Assembly: GCA_964603945.1 (NCBI GenBank)
Contig: CAZRWP010000002.1
Location: 59,527 to 119,888, forward strand
DNA: 60,362 nucleotides
Source of the DNA: an uncultured Pseudomonadales bacterium
Lineage (GTDB): Bacteria; Patescibacteriota; Microgenomatia; UBA1400; UBA1396
Direction: 5' to 3'
Every line of letters begins with the position of its first letter. The stretch's first letter is position 1. The position numbers were made by a program, and so were the translations under genes. Shown piece by piece: positions 8,541-16,983 of the stretch. The notes beneath the pieces were generated by a model, which was not told the origin of the DNA, made no database searches, and saw nothing but the letters and a program-made list of their open reading frames with translations.

Positions 8541-9656
8541 TTATTTTTCTTGTCCAAATAGCTGGCTCCATTGTCTAACAAGTTTGAGCGGCCAGCCATA
8601 CCCAAGCAATTGGCCAGTTAGCCAAAATTCTGCACCCCATAATGTGATTTCATTAATTGGCGCCGGGTTTAAATATCTGATAAACCACTGATTTAAAATT
8701 TTAGGTGAAAATTTTAATCTATGGTCGAAGTTACCAGATGAATTTTGCCACCACTGCGCCCAACTTTCTCCGGCGCCCCAAGGCTGAGCTTCAAATTCGC
8801 CGACCATTACCTGCACTGGAATTTTTGATTGCAGTCTTTTAACATCTTCTGCCCAGCTGAGGTGCTGGCGCCGGAACCGGAGTTCCGGCGCCAAACGCCA
8901 AGTTTCGCGTGATGGATAAACATCTAGGGCTAGCCGAAATTGCTTAGGCGCAAATTGCCACAATTTCTGATAAGTATTGATTATTTTTTCTGGCTGAGAA
9001 GCGTCGAGATTTGTGTTCATGATAATTGGTTTATCAGTATAGGCGTGACAAATAGCCATAGCCTGAGACATGTAAGCCGGTGAGATTTTCCAATTAGTTT
9101 CGACGTCATTTTCTAACGCCTGCTCATTTGGCCACTCATTTCCTAAATAGAATCCAGCAATGCGCGGATCATTGCCATAACGCTCAAGTTGAGACTCCAG
9201 CCACCAGTTGCCCCATTCAAAAATCTCCAGATTATTATCTAAATAATTAATTGTATTTGGCTGTGATTCAACTTTTGAGGCCGTCATTGAGGCCGTCATA
9301 TAGTTTGGCAAACGTAAGCCTGGCCATAATGGATATTGCCAAGGACCAAGGCATAAATGCACCTGCAATTGATTTTGCTGAGCTAAGTTAAGTGCTAGTT
9401 CTAAGGCTTGCCAGTCAGTACTTTTTTGCTTAAAAGTGAGTTCATAATTAAAAATATTTAATCGGATTCCAGTTACACCTGCCTGATTCAACAGCCTAAA
9501 ACTTTCAGCCAAAATCTCTGGATAAAAATACCATTCTTTAAACAAGCTTTTATCAGTTGTCTGTTCTAGTTCCCAATAAAGTTTCCGCGGACATATATTT
9601 GCCCACAAATGTTTGTGAGGTTTACTAGATTGTTTTTGTTTTAGGTCAGATTCCAT
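8541..9656 (-). CDS. TIM-barrel glycoside hydrolase-like protein (GH5-like clan A)
   Basis: Candidate acid/base motif YLGNEWPNE and candidate nucleophile VMVGEFEAQPWG, with spacing typical of clan GH-A. No signal peptide. Family-level call only. Confidence 0.45.
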   Translation of the reverse strand: MESDLKQKQSSKPHKHLWANICPRKLYWELEQTTDKSLFKEWYFYPEILAESFRLLNQAGVTGIRLNIFNYELTFKQKSTDWQALELALNLAQQNQLQVHLCLGPWQYPLWPGLRLPNYMTASMTASKVESQPNTINYLDNNLEIFEWGNWWLESQLERYGNDPRIAGFYLGNEWPNEQALENDVETNWKISPAYMSQAMAICHAYTDKPIIMNTNLDASQPEKIINTYQKLWQFAPKQFRLALDVYPSRETWRLAPELRFRRQHLSWAEDVKRLQSKIPVQVMVGEFEAQPWGAGESWAQWWQNSSGNFDHRLKFSPKILNQWFIRYLNPAPINEITLWGAEFWLTGQLLGYGWPLKLVRQWSQLFGQEK

Positions 9657-9775
9657 AAAGATATGATCTCATAAAGAAATTGTAACCTCTTCTCTACTCA
9701 TCCCTTACAGTCTTATTACTATGTAACCGTACTATAATTCTAGTAATAAGAGAAATTTTTAGAGAAAGGAGATCT

Positions 9776-10225
9776 ATGAATAAAAACAATCGCCAAGGAG
9801 GCGTTTGGCCAATTATTGGTTTAGGAGCTGGTGTAGCCGCTGGCTGGATGTTGCGCAAATTTCTTCAGCACAAATATGAGGAAACACACCCGCTTTCCAA
9901 ACCTGAATCGGAAAAAGAACTTTTATCTGAAGTTTTTGGTGAATACTCACGGGAAGCCAAAAATGCTTATCAATCGGTTAGTGACCAGATCACTAGCGGA
10001 ATGAACAAGATGAAGATGAGCTTGGAAGATATTGATACTGCCAAATACCGCGACCTGGTTAATGAGGCTATCGATGAAGTTAGCAAAGATAGCGCTTTGC
10101 CCAAACAGCAGATGGACAAACTTCGCACTTATTTAATGGCCGATTTTGAAAGTGTTAAGCGTGGAGTTAAAGAAGAAGTTAAGCCAGCCAAGCGAGCAGT
10201 TCGCCGAGCTAGAAAAACCTCATAG
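9776..10225 (+). CDS. hypothetical membrane-anchored protein
   Basis: N-terminal Gly-rich TM segment (WPIIGLGAGVAAGWML) then a charged helical tail. AAGGAG SD upstream, and a TATAAT about 40 nt upstream. Confidence 0.5.
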   Translation: MNKNNRQGGVWPIIGLGAGVAAGWMLRKFLQHKYEETHPLSKPESEKELLSEVFGEYSREAKNAYQSVSDQITSGMNKMKMSLEDIDTAKYRDLVNEAIDEVSKDSALPKQQMDKLRTYLMADFESVKRGVKEEVKPAKRAVRRARKTS

Positions 10226-10283
10226 TCGTGTCAAAAATGGCACAACTGGCATCAGATGAACAGGAAAAAGAAAGTAGCAAACT

Positions 10284-10532
10284 ATGGATTTAGAACAACT
10301 GTTTTATATCCTAAGCATCGCCTTCTTTATTTCTTTTTGGTTGATTGTCTTGGTAGCCGCTGTTGTTTTATATCAAGTGTACCGTCAGTTTATTGAGCTA
10401 AAACAAAGTTTGGGCGTGAAGGCGCTGGCAATGTTGGCTACTACCCGCTCACCTACCCTGGCTTTAATTATTCCCGCTCTGGCAAAAGGTTGGCAAATGT
10501 TTAGAAAAAAAAGAAAGGAGAAATATGAATGA
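10284..10532 (+). CDS. small hypothetical membrane protein
   Basis: 82 aa with two hydrophobic segments. Overlaps the next gene by 8 nt. Confidence 0.4.
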   Translation: MDLEQLFYILSIAFFISFWLIVLVAAVVLYQVYRQFIELKQSLGVKALAMLATTRSPTLALIIPALAKGWQMFRKKRKEKYE

Positions 10533-10884
10533 AGAAGTTCAGGTTGTCGATACATCCGGAAGTCTTTTATACCAGTTGGTAAATCTTATTATCGGGATGG
10601 TGGAATTGAGCTTAGCTTTCCGCTTTTTTCTGAGATTAATGGGAGCCAATCCAGGCAGTGATTTTGTAGCTTTTATCTATCAGATTACTGCTCCACTAAT
10701 GGTGCCATTCCAGGCCGTTTTTGGCGCCGCTCCGGTTGCTGAAAGTGGTATTGTTGAATGGTCAGTCTTGCTGGCAATGTTGGTCTATGCGATCTTGGGA
10801 TACCTGGTCAATGAGCTGATAGCTCTGATCACTACCCGCCGCGCCAACGTGGAACGCACGACTACCACCGTACGTGAAGTATAA
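10525..10884 (+). CDS. YggT-like membrane protein
   Basis: Small two-TM protein with a YggT-like stretch (AFRFFLRLMGANPGSDFVAFIYQITAPLMVPFQ). Confidence 0.45.
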   Translation: MNEEVQVVDTSGSLLYQLVNLIIGMVELSLAFRFFLRLMGANPGSDFVAFIYQITAPLMVPFQAVFGAAPVAESGIVEWSVLLAMLVYAILGYLVNELIALITTRRANVERTTTTVREV

Positions 10885-10997
10885 GATGTGCATTATGGTT
10901 GGGGTACGAGAAGTCTAAGATCTAGACTATTAGTTTTAATTTGGTAAAAAATTGATTTTGGAAGATTTTCCAGGCGAGAATTTTTATTGGACAAGTC

Positions 10998-12788
10998 TTA
11001 CCAACTGCCGCCTCCGCCTCCGCCACCACCTCCACCGGAAAATCCGCCGCCGCCCCCACTTCCCCCATGACTAGAACTGGGGTTGTAGGTTAAGTTTGAG
11101 CTGGCGGCTGAGGCAAACGAACTGGAAAAGGCCGCCATTTGCACTCCGGTAAAACCGCGGCCGCCAACATAATCTGGCGGAGTTTCACCGATGTCATCCA
11201 TGTCTTTAGCCAGCTTATCGACCACACCCATGGACACCGCAAACGGAAATACTTCTTCAATGAATAAATGTTTCTCTTTGATTTCTTCTCGCCATTTACC
11301 ACGTTCGATGGTCTTTTTTAAACCGGCCGCCATCTGCTGAACTCGCCAGCCTTCAACTGTTTTTTGTGGCATAAAGTAAGGGATGATTAGGGCGATGATA
11401 CTGCTGGGAACTAAAACCGCTAAAAGATATGGCAGTGTAGTTAAGAGTTTAGCTTCCACCACAATCCAAGCCGCCCAGGCTACAGCTACCAGTACACCAG
11501 CTAACAAAAAGGCTTTTAATTTTGCTTGACTTGGTTTTTCAGAAAAATAATTGCCTTCATTAATTGTGGTCCAAACTTGCTTTTTCCAAGTTTCAACTTT
11601 GGTGTAGAAACTGCCTTTAAGATCCTTAAGTTGAACTGAATCTCCACTGGCAAATAAAGCATTTAACAAATATTTCTGATGAGCGTTAAGCCCTTTGTCT
11701 GATTTTAGTTTCTCCAAAGTATATTCGGTTTTTTTGCCAAAAAGTTTCTTTTTTTCGGTGGTGATGATTTTTAAATATTTTTTACGAGCTAAATCCACAA
11801 TTTCTGCCACTAATGATTTTGAAGAAATTGTTTCTTGGCCGATGGCTTCAACTTCGGCTGGGGTTAGATCAGTGAATGGCTCATAAATAAAAGGTGTCTG
11901 AAAACGTTCAAATAGCCACCGCCGCCTCTTGCCGTACTGACTGGATTCAATAAGTACATGGGGTGAGTTTGAAATCCAATCCCTTCCCTTTTGCCACCAC
12001 CGGATAGTCATAAAAATTCCCGGCAAAGGAATGAGGGCAATCAGTGGCCAAATCCACCAGGAAAAACCTAAGCGCTCAAGTTGAGACGGGAAAATTAATT
12101 GATTTTTCTGATTGAACTTGGTCAAAATAGTCAAGTTGCTATTAGCTGGCAGAGTTTGTGTTGATTTAATTTGATAGGTCTGCGGTGAGATTGGCTGAAT
12201 CTCACAATCTTGATCCGTACTGCCATATTGGCCGGTATAACAATCTAGGCTTGATATATCAGCATATGGTGAGTTAATTTCAACAGTAATGTTGTTAATG
12301 GGGAAAGACCAGCCCTCGCCGACAATATCCCAGTAAAGTTGGTCATAATCAGCAAGTTTATCAATAACGTGGTCAACTTTATAGCGGATAACATAGCGTT
12401 TTTCTCCATCAAAAGTTGTGTCAGGATCGCCAATCTTTAAGGTAAGATTGTCATTTTCCATGATCTTTTCGTATTGATAATCATCGCCTTTGGGGTCGGT
12501 TAAACTAATAACACTTATTTTGAAATTGCGTGTTCCGTCTTCAGTTATTAGTTTGGTTGGAATGTAACGATAAATGCCGTGCTTGGGAGAATCAGTTCGG
12601 TAGGTAATAGTTTCCGTGATTTCCAGAGATGTGTCCTGAAGTACGTCGAGATGTGAAGTAAAGCTAGTTATTTCTTCGGGTGGAGAAAAATTAGTTTGCG
12701 CTGAAACGAATTCAGAGCTAAAAACAAAGACAGCCACTAAGAATATTAAAGTTAGAAGATAATGAGTCAGCTTGTGATGAAATCTCAT
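10998..12788 (-). CDS. DUF2207-domain membrane protein
   Basis: Signal peptide, then an N-terminal beta-rich ectodomain (FTSHLDVLQDTSLEITETITY...HGIYRYIP), several TM helices and the characteristic C-terminal poly-Gly tail (GGSGGGGGFSGGGGGGGGGGSW). Confidence 0.7.
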   Translation of the reverse strand: MRFHHKLTHYLLTLIFLVAVFVFSSEFVSAQTNFSPPEEITSFTSHLDVLQDTSLEITETITYRTDSPKHGIYRYIPTKLITEDGTRNFKISVISLTDPKGDDYQYEKIMENDNLTLKIGDPDTTFDGEKRYVIRYKVDHVIDKLADYDQLYWDIVGEGWSFPINNITVEINSPYADISSLDCYTGQYGSTDQDCEIQPISPQTYQIKSTQTLPANSNLTILTKFNQKNQLIFPSQLERLGFSWWIWPLIALIPLPGIFMTIRWWQKGRDWISNSPHVLIESSQYGKRRRWLFERFQTPFIYEPFTDLTPAEVEAIGQETISSKSLVAEIVDLARKKYLKIITTEKKKLFGKKTEYTLEKLKSDKGLNAHQKYLLNALFASGDSVQLKDLKGSFYTKVETWKKQVWTTINEGNYFSEKPSQAKLKAFLLAGVLVAVAWAAWIVVEAKLLTTLPYLLAVLVPSSIIALIIPYFMPQKTVEGWRVQQMAAGLKKTIERGKWREEIKEKHLFIEEVFPFAVSMGVVDKLAKDMDDIGETPPDYVGGRGFTGVQMAAFSSSFASAASSNLTYNPSSSHGGSGGGGGFSGGGGGGGGGGSW

Positions 12789-12792
12789 ATTA

Positions 12793-13755
12793 CTAGCTTA
12801 GCGCAAAAAATATCATTACCGCGACTAGTAAACTTACGCCAAGATACATTATCAGAGTGTATTTTCTTAGACGTTTTGAACTTGTCGATCCGTAAACACG
12901 CTTAGCCTTCCGGTCTCGCCAAATGCTCATTATTAGACTGAGTGTCATTAAACCGGCACCAATCAATAAAAGCCGGGAACGGGTTAAAAATGGCTGATCA
13001 CTGCCGTATAAGACATTAGTTCCAAGTAACAGGTTCTCCTCCTCTTGAGTACTGCCGGCGTATGGCTCAAATCCAGGCCTGGGTGAAGAGGTATCTCCCA
13101 GCAAATCTTCCTTAGAATTATTAAGTTGATCATCTGTCAGAATGTCTTTATCTGTGATTTCCTTGATGTCTTCATTGGACAGAACAAAAGCTGGATTGGC
13201 AAACATTTGTACAACTAATGTAGTTGGCACACCATCCATTTCTCCTTGCAGGACCGCAATGCCGGTGTCCTCGTAATCCTTTCCAAGTAGATTTTCTCGG
13301 TGCGTAGGTGAGTCCAGCCAGGCAGTAATCATATCTGGCGTGGCTGAAAAGTTGCGGGCTAAGTTCTCCCCTGCTTTTTGGTAGTCATACCCAGCTTGAT
13401 CTATAAAATCCCAAGGTTCTACCCCACTGGGAGAATTATGTGACCAGTATGAATTTTCCATCATGTTACGAGCCTTGGCCTGAGCGGCGGCAGATAATGC
13501 GTCATTAAGCTTAAGCGGCTCCAGTTCAGCCGCTTTTCGCTGTTGGTTTACCTGTCGCAAAACTTCCGGCACCGTAATGGTCGAAGAGTAGCCAAAAATA
13601 CTATATAACTGTGGCAGTAAAATGGAGGCAAATAAAGTCAGGTAGGCAATAAATACGGTCATTAAAATTAGCTGAAATTTTCTTGATTGAAAAACAACTA
13701 GCGGTCTTTGGCGTCGCGGCCGTGAAATACGATGGCGCGACTGAACAGATTTCAT
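12793..13755 (-). CDS. CAP/SCP (PR-1-like, YkwD-type) domain protein, membrane anchored
   Basis: CAP-domain motifs SYWSHNSP...GENLARNF...AWLDSPTHRENLL, with an N-terminal TM helix and a C-terminal TM helix. Confidence 0.65.
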   Translation of the reverse strand: MKSVQSRHRISRPRRQRPLVVFQSRKFQLILMTVFIAYLTLFASILLPQLYSIFGYSSTITVPEVLRQVNQQRKAAELEPLKLNDALSAAAQAKARNMMENSYWSHNSPSGVEPWDFIDQAGYDYQKAGENLARNFSATPDMITAWLDSPTHRENLLGKDYEDTGIAVLQGEMDGVPTTLVVQMFANPAFVLSNEDIKEITDKDILTDDQLNNSKEDLLGDTSSPRPGFEPYAGSTQEEENLLLGTNVLYGSDQPFLTRSRLLLIGAGLMTLSLIMSIWRDRKAKRVYGSTSSKRLRKYTLIMYLGVSLLVAVMIFFALS

Positions 13756-13978
13756 CTAATTATCATAGCAGTTTAGCTAATTTCAACTAGTTTTTAACTA
13801 AGTTGTTTATAATCGAAGTGGATTTTAGCTATACGTGATAAAAAAGCTTTAAATATGGCTAAAAAATTTAAAAACTATAGGCAGTTAGCACTCAAAATTC
13901 TATTCTCTACCCTATCAAATTGTTAAAGAGCATAACAAACGATTGCAGAAATGCCACTGGGTGGTGTATATTGCAACT

Positions 13979-14662
13979 ATGTTGACCTTGCTGATTGTTG
14001 AAGACAATCCAGAAGTAGCAAATTTCGTCCAAGATTTTCTAGGCCGCAACGGTTTTAACGTTTTGCGGGCAGAAACCGGCGCACGGGCCCATGAGCTTTT
14101 TGCCCAGACTCAACCTGATTTGATAATTCTGGATTTAAAATTGCCTGATATAAGGGGTGAAACTCTTTGCGAAGAATTTAAAAAATTGTCACCAGAGATT
14201 CCGGTCATTATGTTAACTGGTTCAGATCAGACTTCAGATGTAGTGCGCGGATTAAGTCTGGGAGCCGATGATTATATTACTAAGCCGTTTGAAGGCAGTG
14301 AATTATTGGCTCGAGTTAAAGCTCGTTTACGTGAACGCGGACTCCAGGATAAATCGCTGATTGTAGCTGACTTAGAACTTAACACCGAGACTTTACAGGT
14401 TCGCCGTGGCAATCGCGAAATATCGCTTACTCCTCAGGAATTTCGTTTACTTGAGTATTTAATGCTTAACGCTAACCGCGTGCTCAGCCGTGACATGATT
14501 TTAAGTCGTGTTTGGCAAACTACTCCAGATATTGAGACCAGAGTAGTTGATGTTTATGTAGGCTACCTGCGCAAAAAAATTGATCAAGGCGAATCAGATA
14601 AGCTGATTCAGTCGGTGCGGGGTTTTGGCTACGCCATTCGTCCGCCAGATAAAGCAAACTAA
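13979..14662 (+). CDS. OmpR-family response regulator (receiver plus winged-helix)
   Basis: Receiver motifs LLIVEDNPE, DLIILDLKLPD and YITKPF. C-terminal trans_reg_C pattern (LTPQEFRLLEYLM...VDVYVGYLRKKID...IQSVRGFGY). ATG 13979; the track start at 13943 is TTG. Confidence 0.9.
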   Translation: MLTLLIVEDNPEVANFVQDFLGRNGFNVLRAETGARAHELFAQTQPDLIILDLKLPDIRGETLCEEFKKLSPEIPVIMLTGSDQTSDVVRGLSLGADDYITKPFEGSELLARVKARLRERGLQDKSLIVADLELNTETLQVRRGNREISLTPQEFRLLEYLMLNANRVLSRDMILSRVWQTTPDIETRVVDVYVGYLRKKIDQGESDKLIQSVRGFGYAIRPPDKAN

Positions 14663-14708
14663 CTCCCCCTATTTTGGCTTCCCAAGGCAGATAATTTTAT
14701 GAGCGTGG

Positions 14709-15083
14709 TTAATTTCTAAGATAACTTTCGTAATTATTTTCTAAAGTGTTATCGACGATCTGAAGCAGTTCTTTGCCAGAGAAAGGCTTGGGCAGGACGG
14801 CATTAGCCACTACTTCACCTAAAAAATGGAGAGAATGTTGGTCCGCCGATGTTAGGATGATCTTAAAGGAAGGATCGAGTAGTTTAATTTCCTCCGACAG
14901 GATTATGCCGTTGCCGTTTGGCAGAAAAATATCAATAATTACGAGATCAGGACTAATCTCAAGTACATTTTTAGCTGAAGGTGCGTCGGGATAACATATT
15001 ACTTCATGATTTTTCATTTGCAAAACAACAGTAATATGAGCTAGTAGGTTCTCATCATCCTCAATTACAATAATCTTAGCCAT
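14709..15083 (-). CDS. single-domain (CheY-like) response regulator
   Basis: 124 aa, receiver domain only: IVIEDDEN, DLVIIDIFLPNGNG, ILTSAD, LPKPF. All phosphoacceptor-pocket residues appear to be present. Confidence 0.8.
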   Translation of the reverse strand: MAKIIVIEDDENLLAHITVVLQMKNHEVICYPDAPSAKNVLEISPDLVIIDIFLPNGNGIILSEEIKLLDPSFKIILTSADQHSLHFLGEVVANAVLPKPFSGKELLQIVDNTLENNYESYLRN

Positions 15084-15149
15084 AAAATAGTATTCTAATC
15101 TCTGGCGGGTCGCTGACCGTAACAGAGGCGTAAGAGAAAAGTAATAGAG

Positions 15150-16214
15150 TTATTTGTTTATAGGAAGTGAAAAACGAACTGATGTACCTTTGCCCTCTTC
15201 GCTTTTGATTACAATTTTACTGCGATAGTGTTCCAGAATTCGTTGCACCAAATAGAGACCTAGTCCCATTCCTCTTGGCTGATACTGACCGTTCTGAACA
15301 CGGTAGTACATGCGAAAGACATTTTTAATTTCCTTTTTTGGAATGCCAATGCCTTGATCAATTACTTCTACGGTTGCCTTGTTATTTTTAGTACCAAGCT
15401 GGATCACAATTCCAGAACCGGTTGGTGAATTTTTAATGGCATTTGAAAGTAAATTCTCCAGAACTTGAGTCAAGCGCACGACATCAACTTTTACTTTGGC
15501 ATTAGTTTCACCTTTAACGGCAATCCAGTGAGCTGAAGAGGATAGCTGATAATCCTCTGCAATCCGTTTTACTAATTCGTCTAGATCCTGAACTTGGTTG
15601 CGATACTGCAAAATTCCTGAACTCAGTCTAGTGGCATCGATAAAATCATTTAACAATCGGGAGGTTGAGCGGACTTTATGCTTAATTTTGTTAGTAAATT
15701 CCATCCGCCGGTCTTCATCTTCCGGTTCGTTGAGTAGCTCAATAGTTTCAGCCAAGGCCATGATGCTGGCTAGCGGATTTCGGAGTTCATGCCCTGCTAC
15801 TCTGATCAAGTGTTCGCGCCAGCGTTCCTCACCCACCCTAACAGAGATATCTTGCAAACTAACTAATGCCCCATGTAAAACATCTTTTTTGATAATCGGC
15901 TCAATATTGAGTGAAAATTGCCGTTCTTTACCGGACTTTTTTCTCCAGGTGAACTTAACATTTTGTAAAGTTTTTTGAGTGTCTAGCGCTTTTTGAATCG
16001 GGTTGTAGCCTAATGGAACTTCCTGTTTATTAATATCCATTAAAGTTCCCTGGTCTTCAGCAAAGAGATAACGAGTTTTTTGTTTTTTCCAGCCCAGTAA
16101 CTGATGAGCCGCCTTGTTGCAAAACAATACTTTTCCTGACTGATCAATAATCATTAGCCCACTGTGGGAAATTTGGAACAGATGGCGAAGAATTTCATCA
16201 TCACGAGAAGGCAT
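15150..16214 (-). CDS. cytoplasmic PAS-domain sensor histidine kinase
   Basis: N-terminal PAS-like region with no TM helix. H-box VAGHELRNPLASI, N-box LSNAIKNSP, G1 DQGIGI, G2 GMGLGLYLV. Confidence 0.88.
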   Translation of the reverse strand: MPSRDDEILRHLFQISHSGLMIIDQSGKVLFCNKAAHQLLGWKKQKTRYLFAEDQGTLMDINKQEVPLGYNPIQKALDTQKTLQNVKFTWRKKSGKERQFSLNIEPIIKKDVLHGALVSLQDISVRVGEERWREHLIRVAGHELRNPLASIMALAETIELLNEPEDEDRRMEFTNKIKHKVRSTSRLLNDFIDATRLSSGILQYRNQVQDLDELVKRIAEDYQLSSSAHWIAVKGETNAKVKVDVVRLTQVLENLLSNAIKNSPTGSGIVIQLGTKNNKATVEVIDQGIGIPKKEIKNVFRMYYRVQNGQYQPRGMGLGLYLVQRILEHYRSKIVIKSEEGKGTSVRFSLPINK

Positions 16215-16281
16215 ATCAGAACTCTAGTTTACACTATCCTAACAAGTAAAAATGGTTATTGATGTTAATAAACTTTGTTAA

Positions 16282-16965
16282 TTACTCGGAGTTAGCTGAT
16301 TCGTTAAATCGTTCAGCAAAAACTAAGCGCCGTTTGGCTGTTGTTCCAGGTGGCCAGCAAGTCTGCAAGATAATAGTTTCTTGATCATAGTTAGCCTCCA
16401 AGAAACTTACATCTTCATCATCAGTAATGATGGAGTCGGTCACCTGGTAGCGGTATTTTTCATTTTCAAACCAGATATAAACGTCGTCACCTGGTTTAAG
16501 TTTGCCAAGTGTATAGAAAATAGCGTTGTACTGGCGGCGCATTTCTGGTGAGGAAGAATGGGCAAAATAGTACCCTACCCCACCGTTGTCTGGAAAGGCG
16601 GTGCTTGAGGCATGAGCAATGCCTTCTTTTAGAGCCGCCTGATATTCCTGCGGACGATTAGGGTCAACATTAAAAACTACTGGCTCATCAAGAAAAATAC
16701 TAGGAATAGCAATGCCATATTCACGGTGGCGGCTACCGCCTTGCAAATCCCAGTCAGCGTTAGGCAAGATAATCGCTCGCCAATCAGTTGAGCCAAAAAT
16801 TTTCTGCATGCTTGATTTATATTGGTAACGAGCTTCAACAGCTACGACAGGCAAAACGGTTAGCCAGAGCCAAATTAAACCAATTAAGATAAAAACTACA
16901 CTAAGAACACCGGCAGTTATTGGGTTGGCCACCCAAGTAATTAAAGTTTGACGAATTTTTTTCAT
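16282..16965 (-). CDS. sortase-family transpeptidase
   Basis: N-terminal TM anchor, catalytic His region (YYFAHSS), TLxTC-type motif ILQTCWPPG, and a downstream Arg (KRRLVF). Confidence 0.75.
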   Translation of the reverse strand: MKKIRQTLITWVANPITAGVLSVVFILIGLIWLWLTVLPVVAVEARYQYKSSMQKIFGSTDWRAIILPNADWDLQGGSRHREYGIAIPSIFLDEPVVFNVDPNRPQEYQAALKEGIAHASSTAFPDNGGVGYYFAHSSSPEMRRQYNAIFYTLGKLKPGDDVYIWFENEKYRYQVTDSIITDDEDVSFLEANYDQETIILQTCWPPGTTAKRRLVFAERFNESANSE

Positions 16966-16983
16966 GCTAGTTGTAGTACCTGA

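Noticed and set aside
10920-10931. ATCTAGACTATT occurs at both 10920-10931 and 18564-18575. Considered as a dispersed motif.
   Set aside because: All-against-all 12-mer identities are expected many times by chance in 60 kb of AT-rich DNA. There is no extended similarity around either copy.
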